Below are positions 10,082-21,000 of a stretch of 64,000 nt of DNA, one piece after another. The stretch lies in contig CAZJVP010000020.1 in assembly GCA_964549615.1 (NCBI GenBank), positions 218,305-282,304 on the forward strand, given 5' to 3'. Both the position numbers and the translations under genes were made by a program. Position 1 is the stretch's first letter; every line of letters starts with the position of its first letter. Below the pieces are notes generated by a model that saw only the letters and a list, made by a program, of their open reading frames with translations, was not told where the DNA came from and ran no database searches. This stretch comes from an uncultured Thermococci archaeon (GTDB lineage Archaea; CAYQAE01; CAYVLA01).

Positions 10082-11497
10082 TTGAAATCCGGAAGACTGA
10101 ATGGTACGGGCCGGGCCCCGAATACCGAGGGCGTCAAGACGCTTCTAGGCGATCCAAGGGGCGCCGTCATCCGGCTTGCCCTTCCGATGATCGTCGCGAT
10201 GTCCGTCCAGACTTCGTACAACTTCGTCGATGCCATATGGGTCGCCGGGCTTGGTCCGGATGCGCTCGCGGCAGTGGGCTTCGTGTTCCCATTCTTCTTC
10301 ATGGCCACCGCGCTGTCCGCCGGGCTTGGCATCGGCGGCGGCTCAGCGGTGTCCAGAAGGATCGGCGCCCGGGACAAGGAGGGCGCGGACAACGTTGCGG
10401 TTCACAGCATCGTCATCATGCTTCTGGTCTCGACCACTCTGACCGTGCCATTCATCCTTTTTGCCCGCACCATGTTCGTGGGGATCGGCGCGGGAACGAC
10501 GGCTGACATGGCGGTTTCCTACGCAAGGATCATATTCGGGGGAATCGTCATCATCTTCTTCAACAACATCGTCGGGGCGCTTTTGAGGGCCGAGGGTGAC
10601 GCAAAGCGGTCGATGTACGCCATCGTATTGGGCGCTGGGACGAACGCCGTCCTTGACCCCATCTTCATCTACTCCATGGGGTTCGGCGTCGCGGGCGCTG
10701 CGTGGGCCACGGTCGTATCGATGGCGCTCACCTTCGCGCTCCTCTCCTTCTGGATCTTCGTAAGGAAGGACACGTACGTGTCCTTTCGGTTCCACCGCTT
10801 TCGCATCGACCGCTCCATACTAGCCGACATCTTGAGGGTGGGCATTCCGGCCTCGTTCATCCAGCTGGAGATGTCGTTCATGATGCTGATCATGAACATC
10901 ATAACGGTGAACGTCGGCGGCACCGACGGGGTAGCCATATTCGCAGGCGGGTGGAGGGTCGTAACGCTGGGCACGATGCCGCTGATGGGGATCTCGACGG
11001 CGGTCGTGTCCATCTCGGGAGCTTCCTTCGGCGCCCGCGACTACAAGAAGCTCGATGCCGCGTACATGTACGCAATAAAGATCGGTTTGGTCATCGAAAC
11101 CTCCATCGCGGTAGCCACCTTCGTCCTCGCACCGCAGATCACGGCGCTCTTCACGATGGCCGAGGAGGCGGGAAGGATTCGGGAAGGATTCGTGCTTTTC
11201 CTCAGGACGGCCTGCATCTTCTATCCCGGGGTCGCATTCGGCATGTTCTCTTCAGCAATGTTCCAAGGCATCGGACGCGGCGTCTACGCCCTGGTTGTGA
11301 CGAGCCTGAGGACCCTCGCGCTCTCGCCCGTTCTGGCGACGGTCTTTGCGATCGTTCTGGGTGCGGGACTGCCGGGTGTATGGCGCGGCGTAGCAGCGGG
11401 GAATCTGACGGGATCCGCCATCGGCTACGCCTGGGCGAAGACCCACATCAGAGGGCTCATCAGGAGTTCCCGTCCCCTTCCCGAAGCTCAGCGGTAG
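10082..11497 (+). CDS. MATE family efflux transporter
   Basis: LALPMI, YNFVDAIWVAGLG, RAEGD, NAVLDPIFI; about 12 TM. Confidence 0.93.
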   Translation: MKSGRLNGTGRAPNTEGVKTLLGDPRGAVIRLALPMIVAMSVQTSYNFVDAIWVAGLGPDALAAVGFVFPFFFMATALSAGLGIGGGSAVSRRIGARDKEGADNVAVHSIVIMLLVSTTLTVPFILFARTMFVGIGAGTTADMAVSYARIIFGGIVIIFFNNIVGALLRAEGDAKRSMYAIVLGAGTNAVLDPIFIYSMGFGVAGAAWATVVSMALTFALLSFWIFVRKDTYVSFRFHRFRIDRSILADILRVGIPASFIQLEMSFMMLIMNIITVNVGGTDGVAIFAGGWRVVTLGTMPLMGISTAVVSISGASFGARDYKKLDAAYMYAIKIGLVIETSIAVATFVLAPQITALFTMAEEAGRIREGFVLFLRTACIFYPGVAFGMFSSAMFQGIGRGVYALVVTSLRTLALSPVLATVFAIVLGAGLPGVWRGVAAGNLTGSAIGYAWAKTHIRGLIRSSRPLPEAQR

Positions 11498-12942
11498 CAG
11501 ACTGCCACCGTACACCCGTCGTCGAACTCCGGCGGGAGCATGTAGCCCCAAGCCGAAGGACTCTCCTTCCTGCCGTCCACCTTCACCTCCGGCCGGGATC
11601 CGCCCTTCCAAGAAACCTCGAGGTAGAAGCGCTTCCCCGCATAGGTCAGGGGAGAAACCGTCCTCAGAGCGCCCATGCCTTCCAGCCGCATCGGGGCGAT
11701 CAAGAGCCCTTCCGCACGGGGGCTCAGCCCGAGCACTCCCTCCACGAGGAGGGTGAAGATCGACCCGTAGTTGCCGATCTCAGGAGACCAGTCCTTGTTC
11801 GACGTTCCGTCGGGATAGATGTTGTTGTGGATCGTTCCCTCCTTCAGCTCATAGTCCACGATCGCTTTAAACATGCGCGTTGCCTTCCTGGTGTAGCCAG
11901 AACGCAGCCGCGCCACCGCTGCGTGTGCGCCCAGCGTCAGCCAGATGTCCCCGTCGGTGACGGTGTGGCCGTAGTTCATCCGCCGCGCCGCATTGCGGGG
12001 AAGGTAGTTGGTAAGCACAGGATAGGGCTCCTCTATTTCGGGATGCTCGTCCACGTAGGACCAGATCCTTGCTGACTGTTCAGGCGTGGCGACTTTCCAG
12101 AGAATGGAGAAGTAGTTCGCCGTGGACTCGAAGTAGGCTTCGCCGTAGATTCGACGGCCCGCGCCGTCGTTCCCGTGAAGGAAGTGGCCCTTTGGGTCCC
12201 ACCAGAAGCCTCCCTCCCGGGCGTCGCGGCGGAACTGCGACCTGATCTCCTCGACGATCTCCCGGTATCGGTCTCGCATCCTCTTCCTCTTGAGCAGGGC
12301 CTCGACCTCCGAAAGAAGGTCGAGACACTGGACCATGCAGACGTTGTTGTTCGAGTTATCGGCATGCCAATTTGTATTCTCGGTCCAGTCGCCCTCGATC
12401 CCCGACTCGATGAGCGAAGGATTGTAGGCCGGCCTCAGGCTCTCGAGTATGAAGTCCGTGCTACGCTCGACCGCCTTGAGCTTCTCGGTTCTGAACCACT
12501 TCCTGTCCCGGGTGTAGAGGAAGAACTCCAAGATCATCTTCGCCCAGCATATGATGTTGTCTAGGCAGTAGTCCTCCCCGTGCACGCCTCCGTATGTGCG
12601 GTACTCCACGCGCTTCTCCCCCTGCCTGTACCCGATCCTTCCATCGTCGTCGATGGGAACGCAGTGAGGAAGGAGGCCTGTCCCGGGTTCCGTATGGGAA
12701 AGTCCCTCGTCGAGGGTCTTCCTCATGATGTCGTGCACGGCAGCTCCCACCAGCGGTGTCATGTCATGTATGCCACACCAGGTGTTCCAGCCCCATATGC
12801 CGACCGGCTTCTTGCCCCTGGCCTCATCCACGTGAACCTCGCAGAAACGCCCTCGGTGGGTCAGGTGCTTGAGGAAGACGCTTTCGACCCTGCTCGGTAT
12901 GTGGTCGAGCCACTTGACATCGGAGTCGAGGAAGGCTGACAT
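11488..12942 (-). CDS. Six-hairpin (alpha/alpha)6 glycosidase-like protein
   Basis: GDWTE, NYGHTVTDGDIW, EGVLGL, LLIAP and a C-terminal beta domain resembling GH65/78/94-like enzymes. Confidence 0.65.
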   Translation of the reverse strand: MSAFLDSDVKWLDHIPSRVESVFLKHLTHRGRFCEVHVDEARGKKPVGIWGWNTWCGIHDMTPLVGAAVHDIMRKTLDEGLSHTEPGTGLLPHCVPIDDDGRIGYRQGEKRVEYRTYGGVHGEDYCLDNIICWAKMILEFFLYTRDRKWFRTEKLKAVERSTDFILESLRPAYNPSLIESGIEGDWTENTNWHADNSNNNVCMVQCLDLLSEVEALLKRKRMRDRYREIVEEIRSQFRRDAREGGFWWDPKGHFLHGNDGAGRRIYGEAYFESTANYFSILWKVATPEQSARIWSYVDEHPEIEEPYPVLTNYLPRNAARRMNYGHTVTDGDIWLTLGAHAAVARLRSGYTRKATRMFKAIVDYELKEGTIHNNIYPDGTSNKDWSPEIGNYGSIFTLLVEGVLGLSPRAEGLLIAPMRLEGMGALRTVSPLTYAGKRFYLEVSWKGGSRPEVKVDGRKESPSAWGYMLPPEFDDGCTVAVCYR

Positions 12943-13038
12943 GGTGACCGAGGCGGATCAGGACGGGTTCGGCAGATTAATGGTTCGAAGCCCGCCCCCA
13001 TCGCAAATAAGACCCAGACCGCCCAAGCACCATGCCGG

Positions 13039-15018
13039 TTAAGTCCTGTGTGCGCCTAGGCGCCGGCGGATCCTAGGCAGAATGCACCCGAGCCCCACGA
13101 AGGCCATCGACGCGACCGGGGCGGTCTCCGGGATCTGGGATTGGCACTCGGCAAGTTTCAGTCTAAGCTCCTCCGACAACCTCTCCAGCTCTTCCTTCTC
13201 AAGCTCCAGTCTCGCTGCACTCTGGTTGAGGTACGTGAGCTGGGAGCTCAAGAGCTCGATCTGCAACTGAAGGCTCAGCGTCAGGTTCACGTAGGTTGCG
13301 AGGCTATCCAGCAGGGCTGCGTTTTCCTGGGAAAGGGTCGATACCTGGTCGATGAGCTGCGACCTTTCCTGGCGCAGGTGGTCGATGGTTGCGGAGAGTT
13401 GCGCCCTTTCCGCCTCGAGCAGGCCGATCCTGGCCGACAGATTCAAGTTCTCGTCTAAGGCCTGGAATAGCAGCAAGGTCAGATCGACAACCCTGCCCTC
13501 AAGCTCCAAGATGCTTTGTTCAAGCCGCGCCACCTCCCTGCCCAGCCTCTCCAACTCCTCCTCGCACCAGGACGGAAGGATCGTGAAAAGTGCTTGGGCC
13601 GGCGTCGGGTCCTCAAGGCCTTTGTTATCGGTGGACTTGACCGAGAAGATGTGGCTTCCGGAGCTCAGGTTCTGATACGTCACGCTCGTGGCCGTCGTCG
13701 TCACCCATGGCGAGTCATCGAGGCGGTACTGGTAGGAGACGACGTAGCCGTCGACATCGCTTCCCTGCCAGATGAAGGTCGCGTCGCGCTGCCTCGTGGT
13801 CGCATTGGGTGCCACGACTATCAGGGTCTCGGGAGGACTGTTGATCAGGACCGTGAAATCGCAGTAGTCGGGGAGCGGATCCCAGATGCCGTCCTCGTCC
13901 TCGGCCGCGACCTGGAACCTGTGCGTTCCGTTGGACAGGCCCGTGAAGGTCTTGGTGGTCTCCACGGTGAAGACCCACGGCCCTGCGTCCATCCTGTAAT
14001 GGTAGCCCGTGACCGATCCGTCGAGGTCGGACCCCGTCCAGGAGAAGCGCACCGTTGCGTTTTCAACCGTTGCCGGGGGCCGTTCGGTGATCCAGGTATC
14101 CGGAGCAATGGCGGCGTAGGGAGGATAGACGTAGAACGGTGGACTTGAATGCCTGTACAGCCCCACCTCGGCATCCACATAGTAGGGGTGCGTGTAGTTG
14201 GCCGGGAAGGTGGAGGAGTTCACAGGTATGGTGCTGCGTGCCTCCCACTTCCCATCCCCCACGTAGTAAACAGGAACGATGTAGGTCGCGATCGTGGTCC
14301 CGTCGGTCCTGTTCCAGCGCACCCGCGCGACCGACGATCCAGTGTCGTTGCCCGAGGGCTCGATCAGAACGATTGCGGTGAAAAAGGTCGAAGGTATCGG
14401 GATGGGATCATCGACGAAGAAGGGGCTAGACCTGCCCAGTTGGTCCACGACCGAGATGGGGTCCCACCCGCCCGCAAACAGCTCGAAGAAGAGCCAAGGC
14501 ACGTTCGGGTTGCCGTCGGGCCTGGTCCAGTTAGATCCGCCCGACAGCGTCCCGGTCAGGTTGATCCTCACCTGGTAGATCGCCGGAATGCCTTCGGGGT
14601 CGAAGGTCGCCACGAAGAGGTGGTAGGTATACTGACCAACCGTCTGTTTGCTGGAAAGGAAGATCGTGTGCGTCCAACAAGGCACCGATCCGGGAAAGAG
14701 ATGGCCGGTGGAGTTGAAGCCGTTGGAGGCACTCACGTTCCTGTAGACGATGAAGGTCGCATTGACCCGGTCGCTCGGGTCGGCACTCCTGATCACGTAT
14801 GCGATGTTGACCTTGGAATGTCGGTAGGTCAGGTTCAGCTTGTTGCTAGCCGTGTCATTGTACTGGCCCCATGTGGATGCTGGGAAGCCGTCCTCTTTTA
14901 TCCAGACCTTCTCGGGCTGGAGGTAGTCCGGGGGAAGCGGAGGGAGGGCCTGGGGAAAGGATCCCTGTTGGGCCAGCAAGGCGGTCAAGATGATGACGAG
15001 GATCTTGCCGGTTCTCAC
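13039..15018 (-). CDS. Cell-surface glycoprotein: signal peptide, unknown N-domain, two Y_Y_Y/Ig-like repeats, coiled coil, IPET C-terminal anchor
   Basis: Signal peptide; twice PxTxI..F.W.GSD.DG.V..Y.YR.D; heptad repeats; many N-x-S/T sequons. Confidence 0.8.
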   Translation of the reverse strand: MRTGKILVIILTALLAQQGSFPQALPPLPPDYLQPEKVWIKEDGFPASTWGQYNDTASNKLNLTYRHSKVNIAYVIRSADPSDRVNATFIVYRNVSASNGFNSTGHLFPGSVPCWTHTIFLSSKQTVGQYTYHLFVATFDPEGIPAIYQVRINLTGTLSGGSNWTRPDGNPNVPWLFFELFAGGWDPISVVDQLGRSSPFFVDDPIPIPSTFFTAIVLIEPSGNDTGSSVARVRWNRTDGTTIATYIVPVYYVGDGKWEARSTIPVNSSTFPANYTHPYYVDAEVGLYRHSSPPFYVYPPYAAIAPDTWITERPPATVENATVRFSWTGSDLDGSVTGYHYRMDAGPWVFTVETTKTFTGLSNGTHRFQVAAEDEDGIWDPLPDYCDFTVLINSPPETLIVVAPNATTRQRDATFIWQGSDVDGYVVSYQYRLDDSPWVTTTATSVTYQNLSSGSHIFSVKSTDNKGLEDPTPAQALFTILPSWCEEELERLGREVARLEQSILELEGRVVDLTLLLFQALDENLNLSARIGLLEAERAQLSATIDHLRQERSQLIDQVSTLSQENAALLDSLATYVNLTLSLQLQIELLSSQLTYLNQSAARLELEKEELERLSEELRLKLAECQSQIPETAPVASMAFVGLGCILPRIRRRLGAHRT

Positions 15019-15185
15019 GTCCAGTCTACCCCTATATACGTACTTACCTCAGGCTTATAATCCTATGGCCGTCCACGGCCCTGGTCTGGCGAACGTCATA
15101 GCGACCACGCGGTTCCTCGAGGTCGAATCACCTCCCCGGGCGGGCGTGGGATCCATTTATCTCCGCTCCGCATGGCGGCGGGCCC

Positions 15186-18092
15186 ATGACCAGCTCAACG
15201 CCGCGAGCCAAGTGGAACCGCCAGCTTTCGCCCTATGCGATCATGGGAGACGTCAACTGTTGCGACCTGAAAGGAGATGGCCGGCTCCAGATCCTGGTCG
15301 CGACAAGCGATGACGGGTGCCTGCACTGCTTGAACGGAGATGGGAGCGATGCTTGGATCTTTCAGCCAAGGGGGGAAAGGCTTGCAAGCACGATCTCGGT
15401 CTGCGAGCCCGACGCCCGTGACCCGGCTAAGCTCGTGCTGGCCGCATCGAGAGCACGGTCTCTGTTTGCCCTCGAAGGCGATGGCAGGGTTAGGTGGTGC
15501 CGATCGCTGCCGGCCTTCTCCATCTTCGGCGGGCCGACCGCTGCGGGGCCCCCTGGCTCCCAGATGATACTCCTAGGCGGCGACGGGGGAAGGCTTTTCT
15601 GCCTGGACACCGAGGGTCGCCTGCTTTGGCTATACAGGGCGAAAGGCCCCATCCATCAGGGAGCCTCCGCCGGCGATGTCGATGGAAACGGCCGGACCGA
15701 GATCTTCTTCGGAAGCCAAGACACCTACCTCTACAGCCTCCGCGACGACGGAAGCCTGAGGTGGAGGTACAAGACGCGCAGCATCGGGGATGGCATCGCG
15801 TCGAGGCCCATGATGGGTGACATCGACCTCGACGGCAGGATAGAGGTCGTCTTCGGCTCCTGGGATCACCACGTCTACTGTCTAGAAGCCTTGACGGGCC
15901 AGCTCAGGTGGGAGAAGGAGCTCAAGGGACGGATCCGGAGCGGCCTGGCGATGGCCGACCTGGACCGCGATGGCAAGCAGGAGATCCTGGCGGGAGACGT
16001 TTTCGGGCTGGCTTGTCTCGACAGCGAGGGGACGCCGATGTGGGAGTTCCGATCCCAGGGAGAGGAAATGGTCGTTGCCGTTCCTCCGGTGATTGGCGAT
16101 GTGGATGGCGACGGGGAGCCTGATATCGTATTCGGCACGCAAAGCGGCTCCATCTACGCCCTCACCGGCGAAGGCAGGCTGATCTGGAGCATCCCGCTGG
16201 GCGAGGACCAGATCCAAGCAGCCCCACTTATTGCAGATGTGGATGGCGACGGATACCTAGAGGTCGTGTACGCAACGGCGATGGGGCGTGTTGTCTGCCT
16301 GGAAACTAGGGGGAGCCGTTACCCCTCCCCTCCCTGGCCCCAGGGGGGCAGGACCCCCAGCCTCAACCCCGTCCTGATCCCCGAAGGGGCCGGCCGGGCC
16401 AAGACGAGCACGCTTTGCCTTGGCGATCCGGTGACTGTTGAGCCTGCCTTCGACGGCGGGATCGCCCTTTCCCCCGAAAAGGAATCCGTAGGGAGGTCGG
16501 GAGTGAGGATATGGTGGGATGTGCGGCCCGAGCAGGCTAGCCTTAAGGAGGCGTCACCGGTCCATCTCTACATGGAATCCCCCGACCCGGATCGTCCGGT
16601 CAGGGGAGAGCTTGCCGTGACCATTGGCGGGAAGCGCCGCGCCGCCGTGCTGAGGGCGGCGGTTTCACCTCCCTCGGGCAGCCTTGTCGCGAGGGTTGGC
16701 CTGGGCGGACTTCCGCCCCGACTAGAGCGCTCTACGATTTCGGTGGAATACAAACCCATGACCGGCGATGGCGAGCGAGGGCCCGACCTAATCGTCAGAC
16801 GCATCGCTAGGAGGGGGCTTCTTGCCAGAGCAAGGAAGCTCAGGAAGCAACTTGAGGAGCTTGACAGGAGGCCGAGGCAACCGTGGGAAGATCTGACGAG
16901 AGCTCTCGTCTACAAATGTCTGGCGTACGCAGAGACGGATGCTAGGGGGCAGGACCTCGGGCGGGCGGATACCATGCTCTCGGAGCTCGAGGAACAGATA
17001 AGGCAGAGAGGGTACAGCTGGGATCCTCCCGCCAAGCCCCCGTCCCGCAGGGTGACCGTGGATGAGGAGGGCAGGGTTCTCGTCGATCGCAGACCCTTCT
17101 TCCCCCTGGGTCTGTACAACGTCAGCGAGGCTGAAGATGTCCGCAGATTGTCCGAGCTTGGCTTCAACACGATCTTCAACGCCGGAAGCGCGGATTTCCT
17201 GTCCGCATGCGATGACGCAAATATGATGGTCATCGGACACGGGCCGGGCGAGAACATACAGGACTTCTCAAGCCTGAGCAGGATACGAAAGTACATGGAG
17301 GACCTGTACTGGCGGCCTTGCCTCCTCGCCTGGTACCTCGTCGACGAACCGTCCTTGAGGAACGTTCCGGTCGATGTGATCCGGAGGGCCAGCGAGCTTG
17401 TGAAAATGATCGACCCGCACCATCTGACCCTCATATGCGATGGCGCCCCGCACCGGAGCAAGCCCTACCAGGCCCTAGCCGACGTGGCTTCGCCGGCCTA
17501 CTACCCGATATGGAAGCAGCACTCCGTCACGCTGGTAGCGCGGTGCGTGGACGAGACGGTTGCCTCGGTCAGGGCCGACCAACCAGTTTGGTTCGTGGTT
17601 CAGGCATGGACGTGGAGGAACATAAGGTTTCCAACGGTCCAAGAGGAGAGGTGCATGACCTATCTCGCCGTGATCCACGGTGCCAGGGGGATCTCGTGGT
17701 ACGCATACAAGTACCCCGACAAGCAGGTGTTGATGTCTGTGTACGAGAACGCCCCTGAGCTTTGGCAAGAGATCCTCCGTGAGGTGAGAGAGCTTCGGGA
17801 GCTTGCGCCCGTGCTCATGGGGAGACGCCCTGAGGTGCACGTCGACGAGGACGGCCCAGCACGCGTCGACTGGTGCGTTGTGGAGAGGGACGACCAGGTT
17901 GTGTTGATGGTCTGCAACCCCACCAAGGTTCAGGTCACGCACGCCTTCGATGTCGGGGACATGGACGGCGTCGAGGTCCTCTGGGAGGGACGCTTCATCG
18001 GCGATGTCCGCGGGGCCTTGCGGGACACCATTGGGCCCATGTCAGTTCGGATCTATCGCGGGAGAAGGCCGGGTGCCAGCGGCGTCACCTGA
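15186..18092 (+). CDS. PQQ-like/FG-GAP beta-propeller fused to a glycoside-hydrolase-like TIM barrel
   Basis: Repeated DxDGDGxxEI motifs; C-half RPFFPLGLY, GFNT, LLAWYLVDEP, AVIHGARGISWY. Confidence 0.75.
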   Translation: MTSSTPRAKWNRQLSPYAIMGDVNCCDLKGDGRLQILVATSDDGCLHCLNGDGSDAWIFQPRGERLASTISVCEPDARDPAKLVLAASRARSLFALEGDGRVRWCRSLPAFSIFGGPTAAGPPGSQMILLGGDGGRLFCLDTEGRLLWLYRAKGPIHQGASAGDVDGNGRTEIFFGSQDTYLYSLRDDGSLRWRYKTRSIGDGIASRPMMGDIDLDGRIEVVFGSWDHHVYCLEALTGQLRWEKELKGRIRSGLAMADLDRDGKQEILAGDVFGLACLDSEGTPMWEFRSQGEEMVVAVPPVIGDVDGDGEPDIVFGTQSGSIYALTGEGRLIWSIPLGEDQIQAAPLIADVDGDGYLEVVYATAMGRVVCLETRGSRYPSPPWPQGGRTPSLNPVLIPEGAGRAKTSTLCLGDPVTVEPAFDGGIALSPEKESVGRSGVRIWWDVRPEQASLKEASPVHLYMESPDPDRPVRGELAVTIGGKRRAAVLRAAVSPPSGSLVARVGLGGLPPRLERSTISVEYKPMTGDGERGPDLIVRRIARRGLLARARKLRKQLEELDRRPRQPWEDLTRALVYKCLAYAETDARGQDLGRADTMLSELEEQIRQRGYSWDPPAKPPSRRVTVDEEGRVLVDRRPFFPLGLYNVSEAEDVRRLSELGFNTIFNAGSADFLSACDDANMMVIGHGPGENIQDFSSLSRIRKYMEDLYWRPCLLAWYLVDEPSLRNVPVDVIRRASELVKMIDPHHLTLICDGAPHRSKPYQALADVASPAYYPIWKQHSVTLVARCVDETVASVRADQPVWFVVQAWTWRNIRFPTVQEERCMTYLAVIHGARGISWYAYKYPDKQVLMSVYENAPELWQEILREVRELRELAPVLMGRRPEVHVDEDGPARVDWCVVERDDQVVLMVCNPTKVQVTHAFDVGDMDGVEVLWEGRFIGDVRGALRDTIGPMSVRIYRGRRPGASGVT

Positions 18093-21000
18093 CCCTCTTG
18101 TACTCCGTCCTGCCCATATAGAAGAGCTTCGCGTACGCCCAGAAGCTGACGCTTCTCTCTGCCCGGTTGCGGAGTCTGAACTCCAAGACCTGGAACGACT
18201 TGGGTGGGATGTGGAACGCCTGAACAGGAGGGGTCATCTCGGCGATGGAGTAGTCCCCGACCTCATTTCGGGCCCAGAGCTCAGGGGGCACGATCAGAGC
18301 GACTCCTCCGTCGACCCGCTCGTTGTAGGGGTTCTCGATTCTTACGGCAACGCGGTCGTCCTGGTGGAAGACCGACCACGTGACTGCCCTTTCGATCTGG
18401 ACTTTGAGGACATCCTGGTAGACCGACCCACCCCCGGTGTAGGTCAGCTTGCTCTGCTCACCGACCTCGATGACGTCCTCGTAGGTCTGCCCATCGTGAG
18501 TAATCCTGGCCCTGAACAATCCAGTTCTCCTCAATCCCGAGAAGGATAGAACGACATCGTACGATCTGTGGCTAAGCGGGGGGAGATCATACCAGATCGT
18601 CTCGGGCTCAACACGCCAGCCGGCAGGAGCCTCCATGACGATGCGACCCGATATGGGGCGGTCGACGTAGTTGTTGACGAGGCTCACCGCAAGCCGGTTG
18701 ATCGTCGTGCCTCTCCCCCCCGCCTCCGTGATGGGAGACCCCTGGATGGAAAGAGCGACCGCCTGGTAACCGATGGGAGCGGGTCCTAGGTTCTCCTTCC
18801 AATATCGCGTGTATATCGGCTGAACGGCCTCGACCACTTCCGGCCCGACAGCCGCGGGCGCAGCCGGGGCAACGAGCTTGACCTCGAAGGTCTCAACCGA
18901 GAACGGCTCAAAGGATGCCGCGAACGAGTTGCCTCGTGCGTCCAGAGAGGCCTGTCGGTTCTCCAAGAGGTCGGTCCTCCACGCACCCTCCACCGGAAGC
19001 CACACCTTGAACACCGAATCCACCCGCTTTCCTTCCGCCTCATAAGCCCTGATGACCACTCCCTTGGATGGATCGGAGGCTCGGGCTTGGAAGGCTGCAA
19101 CCGGATTCCCCACCGGCTTGCACGCCGTGACCACAACGTTTTCGGATGAGACCTCCAAGAACGAATGCACGGGCGGCAGGGACCCCTTGTGTGGGCTCGC
19201 CTGACAGCAAAACAGTGGGACGTTGTACTCCCATCCCAGCCGGTAGGAACCCGCCTCCCGCCAGCTACCAGCATGAGGATAGAGCGCATACTGGAAAACG
19301 TGGTCCTTCCTTTCCGGGATGAATTCCTCCTCGAGATGCACCCTTGACCAGTTTGAGGTGTGGGTCAAAAAGAGGGACATCGTTCCCTCAGGCTCGACCG
19401 TGTTCGCCATGTTCCCCCTGTTCAGAACCGTGAGGCCATAGTCCTCAACCTTGACGGGACCCAGATGATTGGCGTGCTGGGGTATGATCAAGTCGCCTGA
19501 CCGCAGCCCGTCGACGAGGAAATCGATGGCCTTCTCCAACTGCTGGGAATCGCTGGCCTCCACGATGAGCACCGGCACGGCGTTCCACCCCGGCGGGACG
19601 TTGCGGTCGGCGACGACGAGGAAGTCGAAGCCCAGCCTCTGCACCCTATCGGTGAAGCCCTCAAGCGTGGGCTTGTCAAGGCCACGCAACAGCGAGATGG
19701 AATAGGAATTGTTCGCCCCGACGCCGACGGAGATCCTAAAGTTAGTGTTTGGGAGGTCTTCGTTCATGGATCGGGCTTCCGTGGAGTCCGCATGGACCAG
19801 CTTCGTCCTCCTCGGGGCGTCATCGTCATCAAACCACGGGGTCGTGAGCACCCCCCTATTGGCGAGCGCGCGCTGGAGGCGGGCGGATAGAATCTGCACC
19901 TCCTTGGAGTGCGGCGTCACGAGTAGAACAGACCCCAGGGGACAGGACGAGACGGTGCGGGCCTCGTAGTCGACGAACCTGATCTTCGTCGTGGAGCCCA
20001 GATCGAAGAAGTTCTGGGACGAATGTATGACGCAGTCCGAGTACGCGTCGCCCCGCCATGTCTTGTAGTCGAATTGCTTCCTTCCCCTGTGTTTGACGAT
20101 CGCGCCGAACCTTTCCTCGTAGGTCGGCACGGAACCCGCGATGTCCGTCGGAAATAGGGCGACGAAGAGGTCGTCCTTTCCGCGGTAGTCCCTTATCTCG
20201 GTCCTGAAATCTATCATCTTCAGGCCCTTCCTCAGGACTATCTCGCGGACGACCTCGCAATGCTCTCCGACCCTTCCCGTCACACGGATCCTGGACGTTG
20301 GGCCGCATTCCTGCACGCTGACGTCGACCGGGAAGCGGTCAGAGAACATCATCTCGCCGGTCGTGTAGAGCTCCCACGAGGGCTCGTTCCGATCGCCCTT
20401 CTCCTTCAGGATGGCAATCTCATTTGCCAGATGGGGGCTCGCAGGGGGAACGACCTCCTTGCCAGTTTCCTTGTCGAGAATGCTTCGAATCCCACCTCCC
20501 CTGTTCGGGTCAACGGTGAGCTTGTAGAACTCGTTCTCGATGCTCAGCTCCCCTCCTTTCGCCGCCCATCTGGGCAACGATCGCCTGTCCAACGGCCGTA
20601 CCTGGTACGTCGCATACCCCATCGACGGGATGTCCTGCGCAACGAACTCGATCTCGGCCGACCGTATACCCTTTTCATCCTCCTCGGTACTCAGAACGCA
20701 AAACGGCTGCTCCCTGCCCTTCGGGTCTAGGAGGGCGAAGGATGCCACGGGCTTCTGGAAGGTGATCCTGGCCTTTGCCACGCTTGTCCTAGTCCAGTTC
20801 AGTGCGTTGAAGACCATAAGTGGCGTTCCCTCGCAAGCAGACAGATCAGCCTTGGAGGCAATGTGATCGAGTGCACGCGCGATGCACTGGTGGATCAGCC
20901 CGAGGGCTTCCCTGTATCCCTGAAGCATATCCAGGTAGGACTTGTCGCAGGAGGTGCCGGTTATGGCATCGTGGTGAGAATTGAAGAGCAACTGCCTCCA

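Noticed and set aside
10702-12075. 457-aa plus-strand ORF
   Set aside because: Off-frame overlap of MATE and antisense to the glycosidase; Arg/His/Gly-rich shadow composition
12982-13000. GGTTCGAAGCCCGCCCCCA resembling a tRNA T-arm and 3' end
   Set aside because: No paired T-stem, D-arm or acceptor stem; it abuts the ATTAAT promoter-like element of the 12942 gene
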